A stretch of DNA of 64,000 bases. Origin: an uncultured Gammaproteobacteria bacterium. Lineage in GTDB: Bacteria; Patescibacteriota; Patescibacteriia; Buchananbacterales; UBA6539. The position numbers and the translations under genes are program-made. Positions 36,739 to 46,316 of the stretch are shown here, piece after piece. Location: NCBI GenBank assembly GCA_964540635.1, contig CAZINP010000002.1, positions 20,963 through 84,962 of the forward strand. Reading direction: 5' to 3'. How positions within the stretch are numbered: position 1 is the stretch's first letter; each line of letters begins with the position of its first letter. The notes beneath the pieces were generated by a model that worked only from the letters and a program-made list of their open reading frames with translations, made no database searches and was not told the DNA's origin.

Positions 36739-36743
36739 AAAGT

Positions 36744-36769
36744 CCGTCTGTTATTTCAGGCGGTTTTTT
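36744..36769 (+). terminator. intrinsic terminator after tRNA-Lys
   Basis: CCGTCTGttatttCAGGCGG followed by TTTTTT. Confidence 0.5.
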
Positions 36770-36804
36770 GATATAATAAGAATATAAAAAATAAATAAAA
36801 AAAT

Positions 36805-37539
36805 ATGACCCTAGAAAACAAAGTCGCTATTGTAACCGGCGCGGGCCAGGGGATTGGCCGAGGTATTGCTGAGGCTTTAGCTAAAGAAAAATGTTCGGTG
36901 GTTGTTGCTGATTTAAATATTAAAAACTGCAAAGCCGTTGCCGCTGAATTAGAAAAATATAATGTAAAATCGTTGGCAATAAAATGTGATGTTTCCAAAA
37001 AAGTTGAAGTGCAAAATCTTTTTAAACAAACGATTTCTAAGTTTGGTAAGGTTGATATTTTAGTTAACAATGCCGGCATCTTTCCCTTTGTTGCTTTTGA
37101 AAAAATGACCGAGGGTGATTGGGACAAAGTAATTAACGTCAACCTTAAGAGTATTTTTTTCACTTGCTCGCAAGCGGCCAAAGTTTTACCTGCTGGCGGC
37201 AGAATTGTTAATATTTCTTCAATCGCCGCTTTCGTTGGTTTTGCCGGTTTGACACATTATTGCGCTTCAAAAGGAGCAATTACCGGAATGATTAGAGCAC
37301 TGGCTTTGGAAATGGCACCTAAACAGATTACAGTCAATGCCGTTGCGCCCGGGGCAATTGAAACTCCCGGAGCAGCTCAGCCCGATGAAATGAAAAAACA
37401 AACTGTCAGCACAATTCCGTTGGCAAGAATGGGTAATCCGGAAGACATTGCCAATGCCGTAGTCTTTTTGGCTTCTGAAAAAGCAAGTTATATTACCGGT
37501 CAAACCATTATTGTTGACGGCGGGTGGACGCTAAAATAA
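36805..37539 (+). CDS. SDR-family oxidoreductase (3-oxoacyl-ACP reductase-like)
   Basis: 'VAIVTGAGQGIGRGIA' (TGxxxGxG), 'NNAGI', catalytic 'YCASKGA'. Confidence 0.8.
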   Translation: MTLENKVAIVTGAGQGIGRGIAEALAKEKCSVVVADLNIKNCKAVAAELEKYNVKSLAIKCDVSKKVEVQNLFKQTISKFGKVDILVNNAGIFPFVAFEKMTEGDWDKVINVNLKSIFFTCSQAAKVLPAGGRIVNISSIAAFVGFAGLTHYCASKGAITGMIRALALEMAPKQITVNAVAPGAIETPGAAQPDEMKKQTVSTIPLARMGNPEDIANAVVFLASEKASYITGQTIIVDGGWTLK

Positions 37540-37634
37540 ACATGGTCAGCCTTTTTGTTTTAGTTGCAATTTTATTACTAGTACTTTTTCTTATCTTTAT
37601 GGCAATTGTTGCCGCAAAAGATGATTCTTGAGAT

Positions 37635-38846
37635 TTGCTTATGTATAAAAAAATAATTTGTTTAGTTTTAGTATCATTTATTTTCGTCGGCGCAGCTAAC
37701 GCGGCTTCTTTGCCCTTGGCTAAACGTTTTTCCGGTCGCTTTCTGCTCCAAACCGAACTCTATGGTCGCATTTGGTATGTTAACCCAAATGATAGTCAAA
37801 GATATTACATAAATAAAGGCGCAGAGGGTTATAGGACGCTGCTTGATTTATCACTTAATATTTCCGAAAAAGATTTGTCTAAAATTCCGGAAAATAAAAA
37901 TCAAAGAGGCGATACAAAATTAGTTTCTCGTTTAAGTGGAATGCTTTTGTATTTAGAATCAAAAAACGAACTTTGGTATCTAAGTCCGGTTACAAAATTA
38001 AAATATTTAATCAATCAAGATGACCCAACGACATCTCTTCGGACATTGGTTTGCGGTATAAATAATAAAAATTTAGGGCAAATACCGATGAATAGCACGC
38101 AAATTGCTTTTGACGGCACATTTACCGGCGTTGCTCATGTAAAATTTGACGGGGAAAAATTTAGCAATGAATACTATGCGGATAAAATCTTACCCCCAGC
38201 CTCAATGACGAAATTAATGACAGCTTTAATTTTAACTGATTTAAAATTTGACTTTAATCAACTAATCCAGATTACTCAAGAAGAAATTGAATATCCGATT
38301 TATTACGCCGGAGATGATAAAACAAGTGAGATTGATTTAGCGGCCGGCGATTGGGTATCAGGCAAAGATTTGTTTGTCGCACTTTTAGTGGCATCTTCAA
38401 ATCAATCGGCGGCAATTCTAGCAGACGCTACCGGTTTAAGCCGGGAGGAATTTGTTGGTTTGATGAATAAGAAAGCACAAGAACTTGGACTAAAAAAAAC
38501 AATTTTTCACGATGTTTCCGGCCTTGATTCGCATAATTTAACCACACCAAAAGAAATGGCCTTAATTGCTCAAGCGGCTTTTTCCAAACCAGAGATCGCA
38601 AATACTTCGATTATTCGCCAGTACACCATTTCAGCGCAAGATAAAGATCTTAGACTCAAAAATATAGACGTTGCGAACAGAAATTATAGCCTTTTAGATT
38701 TTAATCCGGATGGTGTTAAAACCGGTTTTTTGGTTGAAGCCCAAAGAACGGCGGTTATAAAAAAGGGGGACGATATTTTAGTTGTAATGCATGCCAACAG
38801 TATGAATGAAAGAAATAAAATTTTTAACAATTTATTAAAAAATTAA
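37635..38846 (+). CDS. D-alanyl-D-alanine carboxypeptidase (S11 peptidase) with N-terminal extra domain
   Basis: Signal peptide; SxxK 'PASMTKLMTAL'; SxN 'ASSNQSA'. Confidence 0.7.
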   Translation: MLMYKKIICLVLVSFIFVGAANAASLPLAKRFSGRFLLQTELYGRIWYVNPNDSQRYYINKGAEGYRTLLDLSLNISEKDLSKIPENKNQRGDTKLVSRLSGMLLYLESKNELWYLSPVTKLKYLINQDDPTTSLRTLVCGINNKNLGQIPMNSTQIAFDGTFTGVAHVKFDGEKFSNEYYADKILPPASMTKLMTALILTDLKFDFNQLIQITQEEIEYPIYYAGDDKTSEIDLAAGDWVSGKDLFVALLVASSNQSAAILADATGLSREEFVGLMNKKAQELGLKKTIFHDVSGLDSHNLTTPKEMALIAQAAFSKPEIANTSIIRQYTISAQDKDLRLKNIDVANRNYSLLDFNPDGVKTGFLVEAQRTAVIKKGDDILVVMHANSMNERNKIFNNLLKN

Positions 38847-38848
38847 CT

Positions 38849-39160
38849 ATGGAAACCAGAGAAATTAAATTTAAAACAACCGGCGAAAACAACCCAAACA
38901 CCCCAAAAAATAAAGAAAAACTGCAGGAACTGCACGCCATCTTTAATCAAGTTTTTAATATTGATACTTCCGAGCAGTTTGCCGACCTAGCCGATGAATT
39001 AAAGGAAAAATATCCTGACTATAAAACCTATCGGTTATATCATCTTCTTGCCGGCAGTACGGTTGACAGTGGATTTGGCGATGTTGACAAATTTGATTTT
39101 CCCGATAATGAAGTTGAGAATTTTTTATTAAAAATGCGCAATTCAATATCCCAAAATTAA
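38849..39160 (+). CDS. hypothetical protein
   Basis: No recognisable motif; tightly coupled to the upstream gene. Confidence 0.35.
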   Translation: METREIKFKTTGENNPNTPKNKEKLQELHAIFNQVFNIDTSEQFADLADELKEKYPDYKTYRLYHLLAGSTVDSGFGDVDKFDFPDNEVENFLLKMRNSISQN

Positions 39161-39167
39161 AAAAAAT

Positions 39168-39989
39168 ATGTCAAAGCAATTAAAATATAAAAAAGTTGGT
39201 TTGGCTTTAGGAAGCGGTGGAGTTAAGGGCTTAGCACACATCGGTGTAATCAAAGCTTTGATAGAAAACGAAATCCCTATTGATTATTTGGCCGGAACAA
39301 GTATTGGCGCTTTAGTTGGCGCCCATTACGCTGCCTATCAAGATGTCCACTCTACAGAAAAAATTGTAAGCGATACCAGCTGGAGGAATGCTTTTGTTTT
39401 TATGGATCCGAGCTTGCGTGGTGGAATTATCAGAGGCAACCGAGCCGAAGCTTGGATTAAACAATTTTTGAACAATCACTCGTTTGAAACCTTAAAAATT
39501 CCCCTTACGGTTGTAGCCACCGACTTATTGAGCGGTCAAGAAGTTGATTTTTCTTCCGGCAATTTAATTAATGCTTTACGGGCAAGTATTTCCGTGCCAC
39601 CAATTTTTCAACCGGTGAAATTTCAAGGCTATATTCTTTGCGATGGCGGTTTAACAAATCCACTACCTGATGATATTGTCTCAAATATGGGCGCCGAAGT
39701 TGTCATAACGGTAAACCTGGATTCTGGAAAATTTATTGATCACAAAAAAGATTTTGACGCTTCATCAATGACAAAAGTAACAATAAGATCATTAAACATA
39801 TTGCGCCATCAACTCGCAAAAAAAACCTTAACTTCAACCAATATCATGATTGAACCGGATGTGGTAGAAATTGGCTTAATCGGTTGGAATCAGTTTTTCG
39901 ATAGCCGCCAGGCTAAAAAAATGATTGATGCCGGATACGAAGCAACAATTCCAAATATTAAACAAATTAAAAAATTAATAGAAAAATAA
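39168..39989 (+). CDS. patatin-like phospholipase
   Basis: 'GLALGSGGVKGLAHIGV' oxyanion Gly-rich loop; 'GTSIGA' (GxSxG); 'CDGGL' (catalytic Asp). Confidence 0.8.
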   Translation: MSKQLKYKKVGLALGSGGVKGLAHIGVIKALIENEIPIDYLAGTSIGALVGAHYAAYQDVHSTEKIVSDTSWRNAFVFMDPSLRGGIIRGNRAEAWIKQFLNNHSFETLKIPLTVVATDLLSGQEVDFSSGNLINALRASISVPPIFQPVKFQGYILCDGGLTNPLPDDIVSNMGAEVVITVNLDSGKFIDHKKDFDASSMTKVTIRSLNILRHQLAKKTLTSTNIMIEPDVVEIGLIGWNQFFDSRQAKKMIDAGYEATIPNIKQIKKLIEK

Positions 39990-40583
39990 ATGAAAAGAAC
40001 TTTACAATTTTTTTTGGTCGCTGCTCTTCTACTGACCGGTTGCACCAAAAATCCATCTACACAAAATGAAAACCTTGCAAATGTTCAGTCTCAGGAGGTT
40101 ACATCATATAAAACCGCAACGATTTATACGAATCTTGGAAAACTTCAAATAGAACTTTTTTCCAATGAAGCACCGAAGACAATAAATAATTTTGGTGATT
40201 TGGTAAAATCCGGTTTTTACGATGGAACAAAAATACATTATATTTCCAAAGATAAAATGGCTTTGGCTGGTGATCCAAATACTAGGGAGTCAAATAGATC
40301 AATGTGGGGATTTGGTACGCCTGGCTATAATATTCAAAATGAAATCAACAACAAGGAATTAGTTTATGGTTCGATTGCTACGGTACCCGTTGGCAATCAA
40401 GCACATGGCAGCCAATTTATGCTCGTTTTGACTGATAATCTTAGTGAATATAAAGGCAAAGTAACCAACTTTGGCAAAGTTATTTCCGGCCTTGATATTA
40501 TAGAAAAAATAAACGAAACCAGTACCGATTCGCAATCAAAGCCGCAGGAAGATATTATTATCCAAAGCGTAGAAATAAAATAG
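39990..40583 (+). CDS. ppiB: cyclophilin-type peptidyl-prolyl isomerase (lipoprotein)
   Basis: Lipobox 'LLTGC'; 'TNLGKLQIELFSNEAPKTINNFGDLVKSGFYDGTKIH'. Confidence 0.8.
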   Translation: MKRTLQFFLVAALLLTGCTKNPSTQNENLANVQSQEVTSYKTATIYTNLGKLQIELFSNEAPKTINNFGDLVKSGFYDGTKIHYISKDKMALAGDPNTRESNRSMWGFGTPGYNIQNEINNKELVYGSIATVPVGNQAHGSQFMLVLTDNLSEYKGKVTNFGKVISGLDIIEKINETSTDSQSKPQEDIIIQSVEIK

Positions 40584-40593
40584 CTTTAAATTA

Positions 40594-40620
40594 AAAAACA
40601 TTGCTTTGGCAATGTTTTTT
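40594..40620. terminator. bidirectional intrinsic terminator
   Basis: AAAAACATTGCtttgGCAATGTTTTTT. Confidence 0.6.
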
Positions 40621-40690
40621 AATTTATGTTATAATATATTATATTGAATTGTATTTTTCAAATGAGGTTTGATTAAAATTTTAGAAATTT

Positions 40691-41341
40691 ATGTCAAAGT
40701 TAATTATCAAGGATTTGATTTTAAATGATGGCGAAAATATTGTTAAAGTTGTTCGGCAATCAAAATTAATACTCTTTTCAACCTTGATACTTCCAACCTT
40801 ATTAATTTTGGCACCATTTTTTTTCTTGTTTTTATTATTTAGTTATGGTCAGTGGGGGGTGTATGCCTTCATTTTATCGCTTATTGTTGGCATCTTGTTG
40901 TTTTTGCGTGAGTTGATGATTTGGCGTTTTAAATTATTTATTATTACCACTCAGAGAATTATCGATATTGATCAAAAAGGATTATTCAAAAGAACGGTTT
41001 CAAATGTTTTATTTACGAAAATTGATGATATTTTTTACAAAATCAGCGGTTTGCCGCAAGTCATATTTCGTTGCGGAAATATATATATTACTTTGAGCGA
41101 TAATAAATCGGGCCTTGAATTAAAAAATATTCCGTCTCCACAGAGAATACAGCAACTGATTCTGCAGCTCAAATCAGATACAATCGGCGATAAGATAAAT
41201 GCTACAAATCTTTCTGCCAACGAGTTAATTGAGCTTATAAAAAAAATAAAGGCGGGAATTGGTGAAAAAAAATTATATGAAATCATCAATAAAACTGACA
41301 GCGTAGAAGATAATGACAAGGAAGATGTTGAAACTGTCTAA
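40691..41341 (+). CDS. membrane protein with bacterial PH (bPH_2/YdbT-like) domain
   Basis: Two TM helices, then 'TTQRIIDIDQKGLFKRTVSNVLFTKIDDIFYKISG'. Confidence 0.5.
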   Translation: MSKLIIKDLILNDGENIVKVVRQSKLILFSTLILPTLLILAPFFFLFLLFSYGQWGVYAFILSLIVGILLFLRELMIWRFKLFIITTQRIIDIDQKGLFKRTVSNVLFTKIDDIFYKISGLPQVIFRCGNIYITLSDNKSGLELKNIPSPQRIQQLILQLKSDTIGDKINATNLSANELIELIKKIKAGIGEKKLYEIINKTDSVEDNDKEDVETV

Positions 41342-41344
41342 GCG

Positions 41345-41749
41345 TTGGCAAACAAAAAAACAAAAAGTATGAAATATTTAAAAAACAAAAACTTAAAACA
41401 AAAGGCGATAATCCTTGTTTTGATATTTGTTTTATGTTTTGTTTTTTTTAATTTTTTGAGGGCCTGGCTTAAAGGAAATCAAGTTAATAAAGAAATAGAC
41501 GGGCTTGAGCAAGAAATTTCTGGCTTGCAAAAAGATACGGCTGAGTTAACCGAACTGATTCAATATTTTAATTCCAGCGCTTATGTGGAAGAAAAAGCCA
41601 GGGTTGATTTGGGTTTAAAAAAAGAAGGTGAAAAGGTGGTTTTAGTGACCGATGATTTAAAGAAAAATTTGCTGGAAAACGACAGCGCCAATAATGCCGA
41701 AGAATCCCAGTCTAATTTTAAAAAATGGTGGGGTTATTTTTTTAAATAG
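41345..41749 (+). CDS. septum formation initiator family protein (FtsB/DivIC-like)
   Basis: One TM; coiled coil 'EIDGLEQEISGLQKDTAELTELIQ'; 'YVEEKARVDLGLKKEGEKVV'. Confidence 0.55.
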   Translation: MANKKTKSMKYLKNKNLKQKAIILVLIFVLCFVFFNFLRAWLKGNQVNKEIDGLEQEISGLQKDTAELTELIQYFNSSAYVEEKARVDLGLKKEGEKVVLVTDDLKKNLLENDSANNAEESQSNFKKWWGYFFK

Positions 41750-41751
41750 AT

Positions 41752-42843
41752 ATGGAAAACGAACAAAAAATTGATGAGAATGAAATCAGCAAGATGCGAG
41801 AGGCTGTTTTGAAATCAATTACCCCCAAAAAAATTATAAAACAAGATGAGAAAAAAAATAGTCAACAATTGACGATTAAAAATGAGCAGAAAAATGTAAA
41901 AGTTGCTGAAAAAATTTCAAAAAAAGCCTTAAGAATTAATAAATCGAAATTTTTAAAAATATTTTTTATAGTTATAATTTTTATATTGTTGAGCCTTTCT
42001 TTTACCCAGGCCTATTTAACAATATTTAAACCCCAAAATTTTCTTATAGAAAAAATCACAAGAATCATCCCTTTTCCGGCCGCTTTTGTTAATGCGAGAG
42101 TAATAACTTATCATGAATGGCTTTCTCAAGTAATTGCTTTAGATCAATTTTATCAAAGCATTGATGTTGATGCGACAAATTCAACCTTATTGCCAATTGA
42201 ACAGTCCGAATCAAGAATAATGGAGAGATTGATTGAAGAAGAGATGCTCAGACAATTTGCAAATCAATTTTCTGTTACTGTCTCCGAAGAAGAGGTTGAT
42301 CAAGAAATGTCCAGATTGTTTGATCTTTTTGGAAAAGAAAATTTTTTAAATCAGATAAATGAGAAATACAAATGGGATTCACGGGAATTTGAAAAATTTA
42401 TTCTTAAACCCACGCTATTAAAGAATAAATTAAGTATTTATCTTTTAAATCATCCCGGGAATCAACAAGCAAAACTATTGGCCCAGAATCTTTTGAATAA
42501 GCTTGAGAATAAGGAGGATACGTTTGAGAACATTGCCCAAAGTTACAGTCAGGACGAGAGCGCTAAAGATGGGGGTCAAATCGGATATTTTGAGCTTAAA
42601 GACATGAATCCTGAGATTAAGAATGAAATCAGTCAACTCAAAGTTGGGGAAATATCAAAAATAATTAATACAAAATTTGGTTTTCACATTTTGCGTATTG
42701 ATGAAATTTTACTCGATGATGATGGTCAACCGGCAAAAGTTAAAATCTCACAAATTCTAATTAAGGCAGCTGATTTAAACGAGTATATGGATGATTTTAA
42801 AAAAAATTCTTCAATTTGGATTTTGATTAAATTTGACAATTAA
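41752..42843 (+). CDS. parvulin-type peptidyl-prolyl isomerase (PrsA/SurA-like)
   Basis: PpiC domain 'GGQIGYFELKDMNPEIKNEISQLKVGEISKIINTKFGFHILRIDE'. Confidence 0.7.
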   Translation: MENEQKIDENEISKMREAVLKSITPKKIIKQDEKKNSQQLTIKNEQKNVKVAEKISKKALRINKSKFLKIFFIVIIFILLSLSFTQAYLTIFKPQNFLIEKITRIIPFPAAFVNARVITYHEWLSQVIALDQFYQSIDVDATNSTLLPIEQSESRIMERLIEEEMLRQFANQFSVTVSEEEVDQEMSRLFDLFGKENFLNQINEKYKWDSREFEKFILKPTLLKNKLSIYLLNHPGNQQAKLLAQNLLNKLENKEDTFENIAQSYSQDESAKDGGQIGYFELKDMNPEIKNEISQLKVGEISKIINTKFGFHILRIDEILLDDDGQPAKVKISQILIKAADLNEYMDDFKKNSSIWILIKFDN

Positions 42844-42847
42844 AAAA

Positions 42848-42920
42848 AGCCAACGGTCGGAATCGAACCGACGACCACTCGCTTACGAAGCGATTGCTCT
42901 ACCGACTGAGCTACGTTGGC
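42848..42920 (-). tRNA. tRNA-Thr (anticodon CGT)
   Basis: Reverse complement GCCAACGTAGCTCAGTCGGTAGAGCAATCGCTTCGTAAGCGAG...GGTTCGATTCCGACCGTTGGCT; anticodon loop TTCGTAA. Confidence 0.85.
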
Positions 42921-42932
42921 ACACTAGTTCAA

Positions 42933-43004
42933 AGCGGGTGACCGGATTCGAACCGGCGATCTTCTGCTTGGGAAGCAGACATTCTACCACTGAACTACAC
43001 CCGC
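42933..43004 (-). tRNA. tRNA-Gly (anticodon CCC)
   Basis: Reverse complement GCGGGTGTAGTTCAGTGGTAGAATGTCTGCTTCCCAAGCAGA...GGTTCGAATCCGGTCACCCGCT; anticodon loop TTCCCAA. Confidence 0.85.
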
Positions 43005-43056
43005 AAAACTAACATAAGCATTATAAAGGAAAAAAATAAATAAGAAAAGACCGCAT

Positions 43057-43737
43057 ATGATAATTTTAAAAAACGTTTCTAAAATTTACCCCCCGGACAT
43101 TGCCGCCATTAAATCTCTCAATTTACATATCAAGCCGAAAGAATTTGTGGTTGTAGTTGGGCGTAGTGGGACGGGAAAAACGACAATGGTTAAGTTGTTA
43201 ACGGCTGAAGAAAGACCGACAAGAGGAAATATCATTATTGGCGGCTGGGATATTACAAATATCTCTTCTTCTGAAATTCCGCTGCTAAGAAGGCAGATTG
43301 GTGTGGTTTTTCAAGACTTTAAACTCTTAAGTAAAAAAACTATTTTTGAAAATATTGCATTTGCTCTCGAGGTTTGCGGGGCGGATAGAAAAAAAATAAA
43401 AGAAATTGTTCCGCAGGTAATAAAAATAGTCGGCCTAACAGGCAAAGAAGACAGGTATCCAAAGCAGCTATCGGGTGGAGAACAACAGAGAGTGGCTGTT
43501 GCCAGAGCGCTGGTTCATAGGCCAAAAATTTTAATCGCCGATGAGCCGACCGGCAATCTTGACTCTTTTAATACCAAAGAAATAATTGATCTTTTATTGA
43601 AAATCAATGAATTTGGAACCACGGTTGTTTTGGTGACTCACAACAAGGATGTAGTTAACTCATTAAATAAACGCGTAATTACTATCGATGGCGGCACGGT
43701 TGTGTCTGACCAAAAGGTAGGGAAGTACTTACTTTAA
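43057..43737 (+). CDS. ftsE: cell-division ABC ATPase FtsE
   Basis: 'GRSGTGKTT', 'LSGGEQQR', 'LIADEPTGNLD'; followed by ftsX. Confidence 0.85.
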   Translation: MIILKNVSKIYPPDIAAIKSLNLHIKPKEFVVVVGRSGTGKTTMVKLLTAEERPTRGNIIIGGWDITNISSSEIPLLRRQIGVVFQDFKLLSKKTIFENIAFALEVCGADRKKIKEIVPQVIKIVGLTGKEDRYPKQLSGGEQQRVAVARALVHRPKILIADEPTGNLDSFNTKEIIDLLLKINEFGTTVVLVTHNKDVVNSLNKRVITIDGGTVVSDQKVGKYLL

Positions 43738-43739
43738 AT

Positions 43740-44657
43740 ATGTTTTTAATTTCTCTTTATCGCATTTTTGTTTTTGCCAGCCAAAGTTTTTGGCGAAACT
43801 TTTGGCTCTCATTAGTCACCATTACAATAATTGTTTTAACCTTTGCGTCAATCAATTTTATTATCGTTTTGAATATTATCACTCAAGCCTCAATGGAAAT
43901 AGTGAAAGATAAAATTGATGTAAGTATATATTTTAAGACCGATGTAACGGAACCACAAGTAATGGAGGTAAAAAGCTATTTAAGTACTCTGGCGCAAGTA
44001 AAAGATATTACTTACATTTCCCAAGCTGAAGCTTTGGAAAGTTTTAAAGAGAAACATGAAAACGATAAAACAATTATTGAATCAATAGACGAATTAGATG
44101 TAAATCCGATCGGTGCCACTCTTAATGTGCGCGCCAAGGATATTGAAGATTATCCTTTAATTGTTGAGGTTTTATCAAATTCAAAATATGATGCCTTAAT
44201 CGCTGACAAGAACTTTGATGATCACAAATTTTTTATAAACAAAATAAAAGTAATTGCTGATAATATCAAGCAGTTCGGTCTAATGGCTTCGCTGGTTTTA
44301 AGTCTCATCGCACTCCTAATTGTTTTTAACACGATTAGGGTTGCAATTTATACTCATCGACAAGAAATAGCGATTATGAAGTTGGTTGGCGCGACAAATT
44401 GGTTTATTCGCGGGCCATTCTTACTTGAAGCCGTATTCTATGGAATTATCGCCTGCGTTGTTTCAATTATTATCGCTTATCCGTTTTTGAACATGATACA
44501 GCCATATTTGAACACTTTCTTTTTAACAGAAAATTTTAATATCTCAAGCTATTTTAATGATAATTTCTGGCAAATATTCGGATTTGAACTCATAATTGTT
44601 GTAATCTTAAATATCCTAAGCAGTTATGTGGCCATTAGGCGATACCTTAAGGTCTGA
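43740..44657 (+). CDS. ftsX: cell-division permease FtsX
   Basis: N-terminal TM, periplasmic domain and three C-terminal TMs; 'MKLVGATNWFIRGPF'. Confidence 0.8.
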   Translation: MFLISLYRIFVFASQSFWRNFWLSLVTITIIVLTFASINFIIVLNIITQASMEIVKDKIDVSIYFKTDVTEPQVMEVKSYLSTLAQVKDITYISQAEALESFKEKHENDKTIIESIDELDVNPIGATLNVRAKDIEDYPLIVEVLSNSKYDALIADKNFDDHKFFINKIKVIADNIKQFGLMASLVLSLIALLIVFNTIRVAIYTHRQEIAIMKLVGATNWFIRGPFLLEAVFYGIIACVVSIIIAYPFLNMIQPYLNTFFLTENFNISSYFNDNFWQIFGFELIIVVILNILSSYVAIRRYLKV

Positions 44658-44714
44658 TTCTGTTTGACATTAAGCCAAAATTGTTTTATTTTTAATTATC
44701 ATCGTTTGTAATTC

Positions 44715-44785
44715 TCGGGGATCGTCTAAGGGCAGGACAGCGGCCTTTGAAGCCGTTAATCGGGGTTCGAATCCCTGTCCCCGAG
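44715..44785 (+). tRNA. tRNA-Gln (anticodon TTG)
   Basis: TCGGGGA/TCCCCGA acceptor; D-arm GTCT/GGAC; anticodon stem-loop GCGGC-CTTTGAA-GCCGT; T-loop TTCGAAT. Confidence 0.8.
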
Positions 44786-44998
44786 AATTGCAAATGATGG
44801 AAAAAGTGGGCTTTGCGCCTATTTTTTTATTGTAATTTATTATAGTTATTCCTTATTCAATTTTTGACTAAACGACCAAAATTCAATATAATTATTTTAT
44901 TGATAATTATTTATTTAACACAAAATGTTATCGGAAAACAGACGGTTTTATGCCATACCAGATGAATCGAGGATACCGCCAGAAAAAAAGATACAGTA

Positions 44999-46306
44999 AT
45001 GTCAGAAGTTGGCAGGCTCGAAACCACTTTATCTTCTTTATTTCCAATGCCTTGTAAATACGGGGTTTGCAAGATCGGAGAATACTCGGGTTTAACGGTA
45101 CTTGATCTTCTAATTGATACCGATGAAACTAGAATTGGCCTAGCGCCAGAAGGGGAGGCTAGAAAAATGCTTGAAAACCAAGCTGATTTAGCCGTAAAAC
45201 ATGAGCAGCCAATAGTTTTAGTTGGTATTTACGGAACACCTAGGCACATTGATCATCCGGACTTAAATTCACCCCAGCTGGCGGATATGTCAGCGGTAAT
45301 GATGGTTCAGGCCGCTCTTGATCGTGTGCATTCGGCACATATTTCCGGCTCTCAATATCGCATGATTGACGAAAATCTTACCGCCCTTTGGCTTGATAGG
45401 GCTCAGCATCCTGAAGGAGATAAGGGTGTGACAAAATATAAATCCGTATATGAACAGTACTATAAAAATAGACTAAATCTACTTAAGACTTTACAGGCCG
45501 AAGGTTTAATTAATACTGGGGCCACAAAAATTGAGCTGCTTTCTGAATCTGAATTATATGAATCAGTTTACAAGAAGGCGGGTGTAACCGATAAAGTTCC
45601 AGAAGATGATTTCTTTGAAAAATGTGAGAGATATCGTCAAGAGATGCTTTCCTATTTAACCGCCAGTGGTGATATAATTAGAAAATATTACGGCCAAGAG
45701 GACCAATATTGGAATTCATCAATTGACGACGAGCAACTTTGGGATAAATGCAAAAAAGAAATTATTAATAGTCCGGAATATTCAGGGATTGCAAGTACGG
45801 GGTGGCAAGGTTTAATCCCGCCGGAAATGAGGAAATATTACCTAGAAAAATTTAGAAAAATTTTAGGCAACGCAAACTTGGCAGCAAATGATGAAATGTT
45901 ATTATTCCATGTGGCCACGTATTTATCTTCAACTTTAGCTAAGCATAATGCAAAAGTTCTTACAGAAGGGTTAAATGCCGGCGCACCTGTTATTAGAGTT
46001 CCACTCGCAAAACCCGTTGATGGTAGGCCACCAACTCATCAATCTTTAATACCCCAAAGAACGCTGCCGAAATTAAAAGGTAAAACAAGTAAAAAAGTAA
46101 GCAATTCAAATAGGGCGGCCTGGTTAAGTGTTGCGGTTCAAGGCGATTCAAAACTCAGATTAATTGACACAAAAAACTATTTAGATACACCGCCGGAATT
46201 AATAGTGCCAATTCAGATATATACTGTTGGCCCAGATAATTCACCGAAATCTTATTTGGTGGATTCTGCCATTATGCTTTCCGGCGCTAAAAAAAAGATA
46301 AATTAA
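44999..46306 (+). CDS. hypothetical protein (orphan; no recognisable domain)
   Basis: 435-aa ORF with no signal peptide or TM, ~200 nt downstream of tRNA-Gln after an AT-rich spacer; GC looks higher than in neighbours. Confidence 0.45.
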   Translation: MSEVGRLETTLSSLFPMPCKYGVCKIGEYSGLTVLDLLIDTDETRIGLAPEGEARKMLENQADLAVKHEQPIVLVGIYGTPRHIDHPDLNSPQLADMSAVMMVQAALDRVHSAHISGSQYRMIDENLTALWLDRAQHPEGDKGVTKYKSVYEQYYKNRLNLLKTLQAEGLINTGATKIELLSESELYESVYKKAGVTDKVPEDDFFEKCERYRQEMLSYLTASGDIIRKYYGQEDQYWNSSIDDEQLWDKCKKEIINSPEYSGIASTGWQGLIPPEMRKYYLEKFRKILGNANLAANDEMLLFHVATYLSSTLAKHNAKVLTEGLNAGAPVIRVPLAKPVDGRPPTHQSLIPQRTLPKLKGKTSKKVSNSNRAAWLSVAVQGDSKLRLIDTKNYLDTPPELIVPIQIYTVGPDNSPKSYLVDSAIMLSGAKKKIN

Positions 46307-46316
46307 TAATATATTT

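Noticed and set aside
36564-36776. 70-aa ORF in the ORF track
   Set aside because: It completely overlaps tRNA-Lys(UUU) and its promoter, so it is a spurious translation of an RNA gene.
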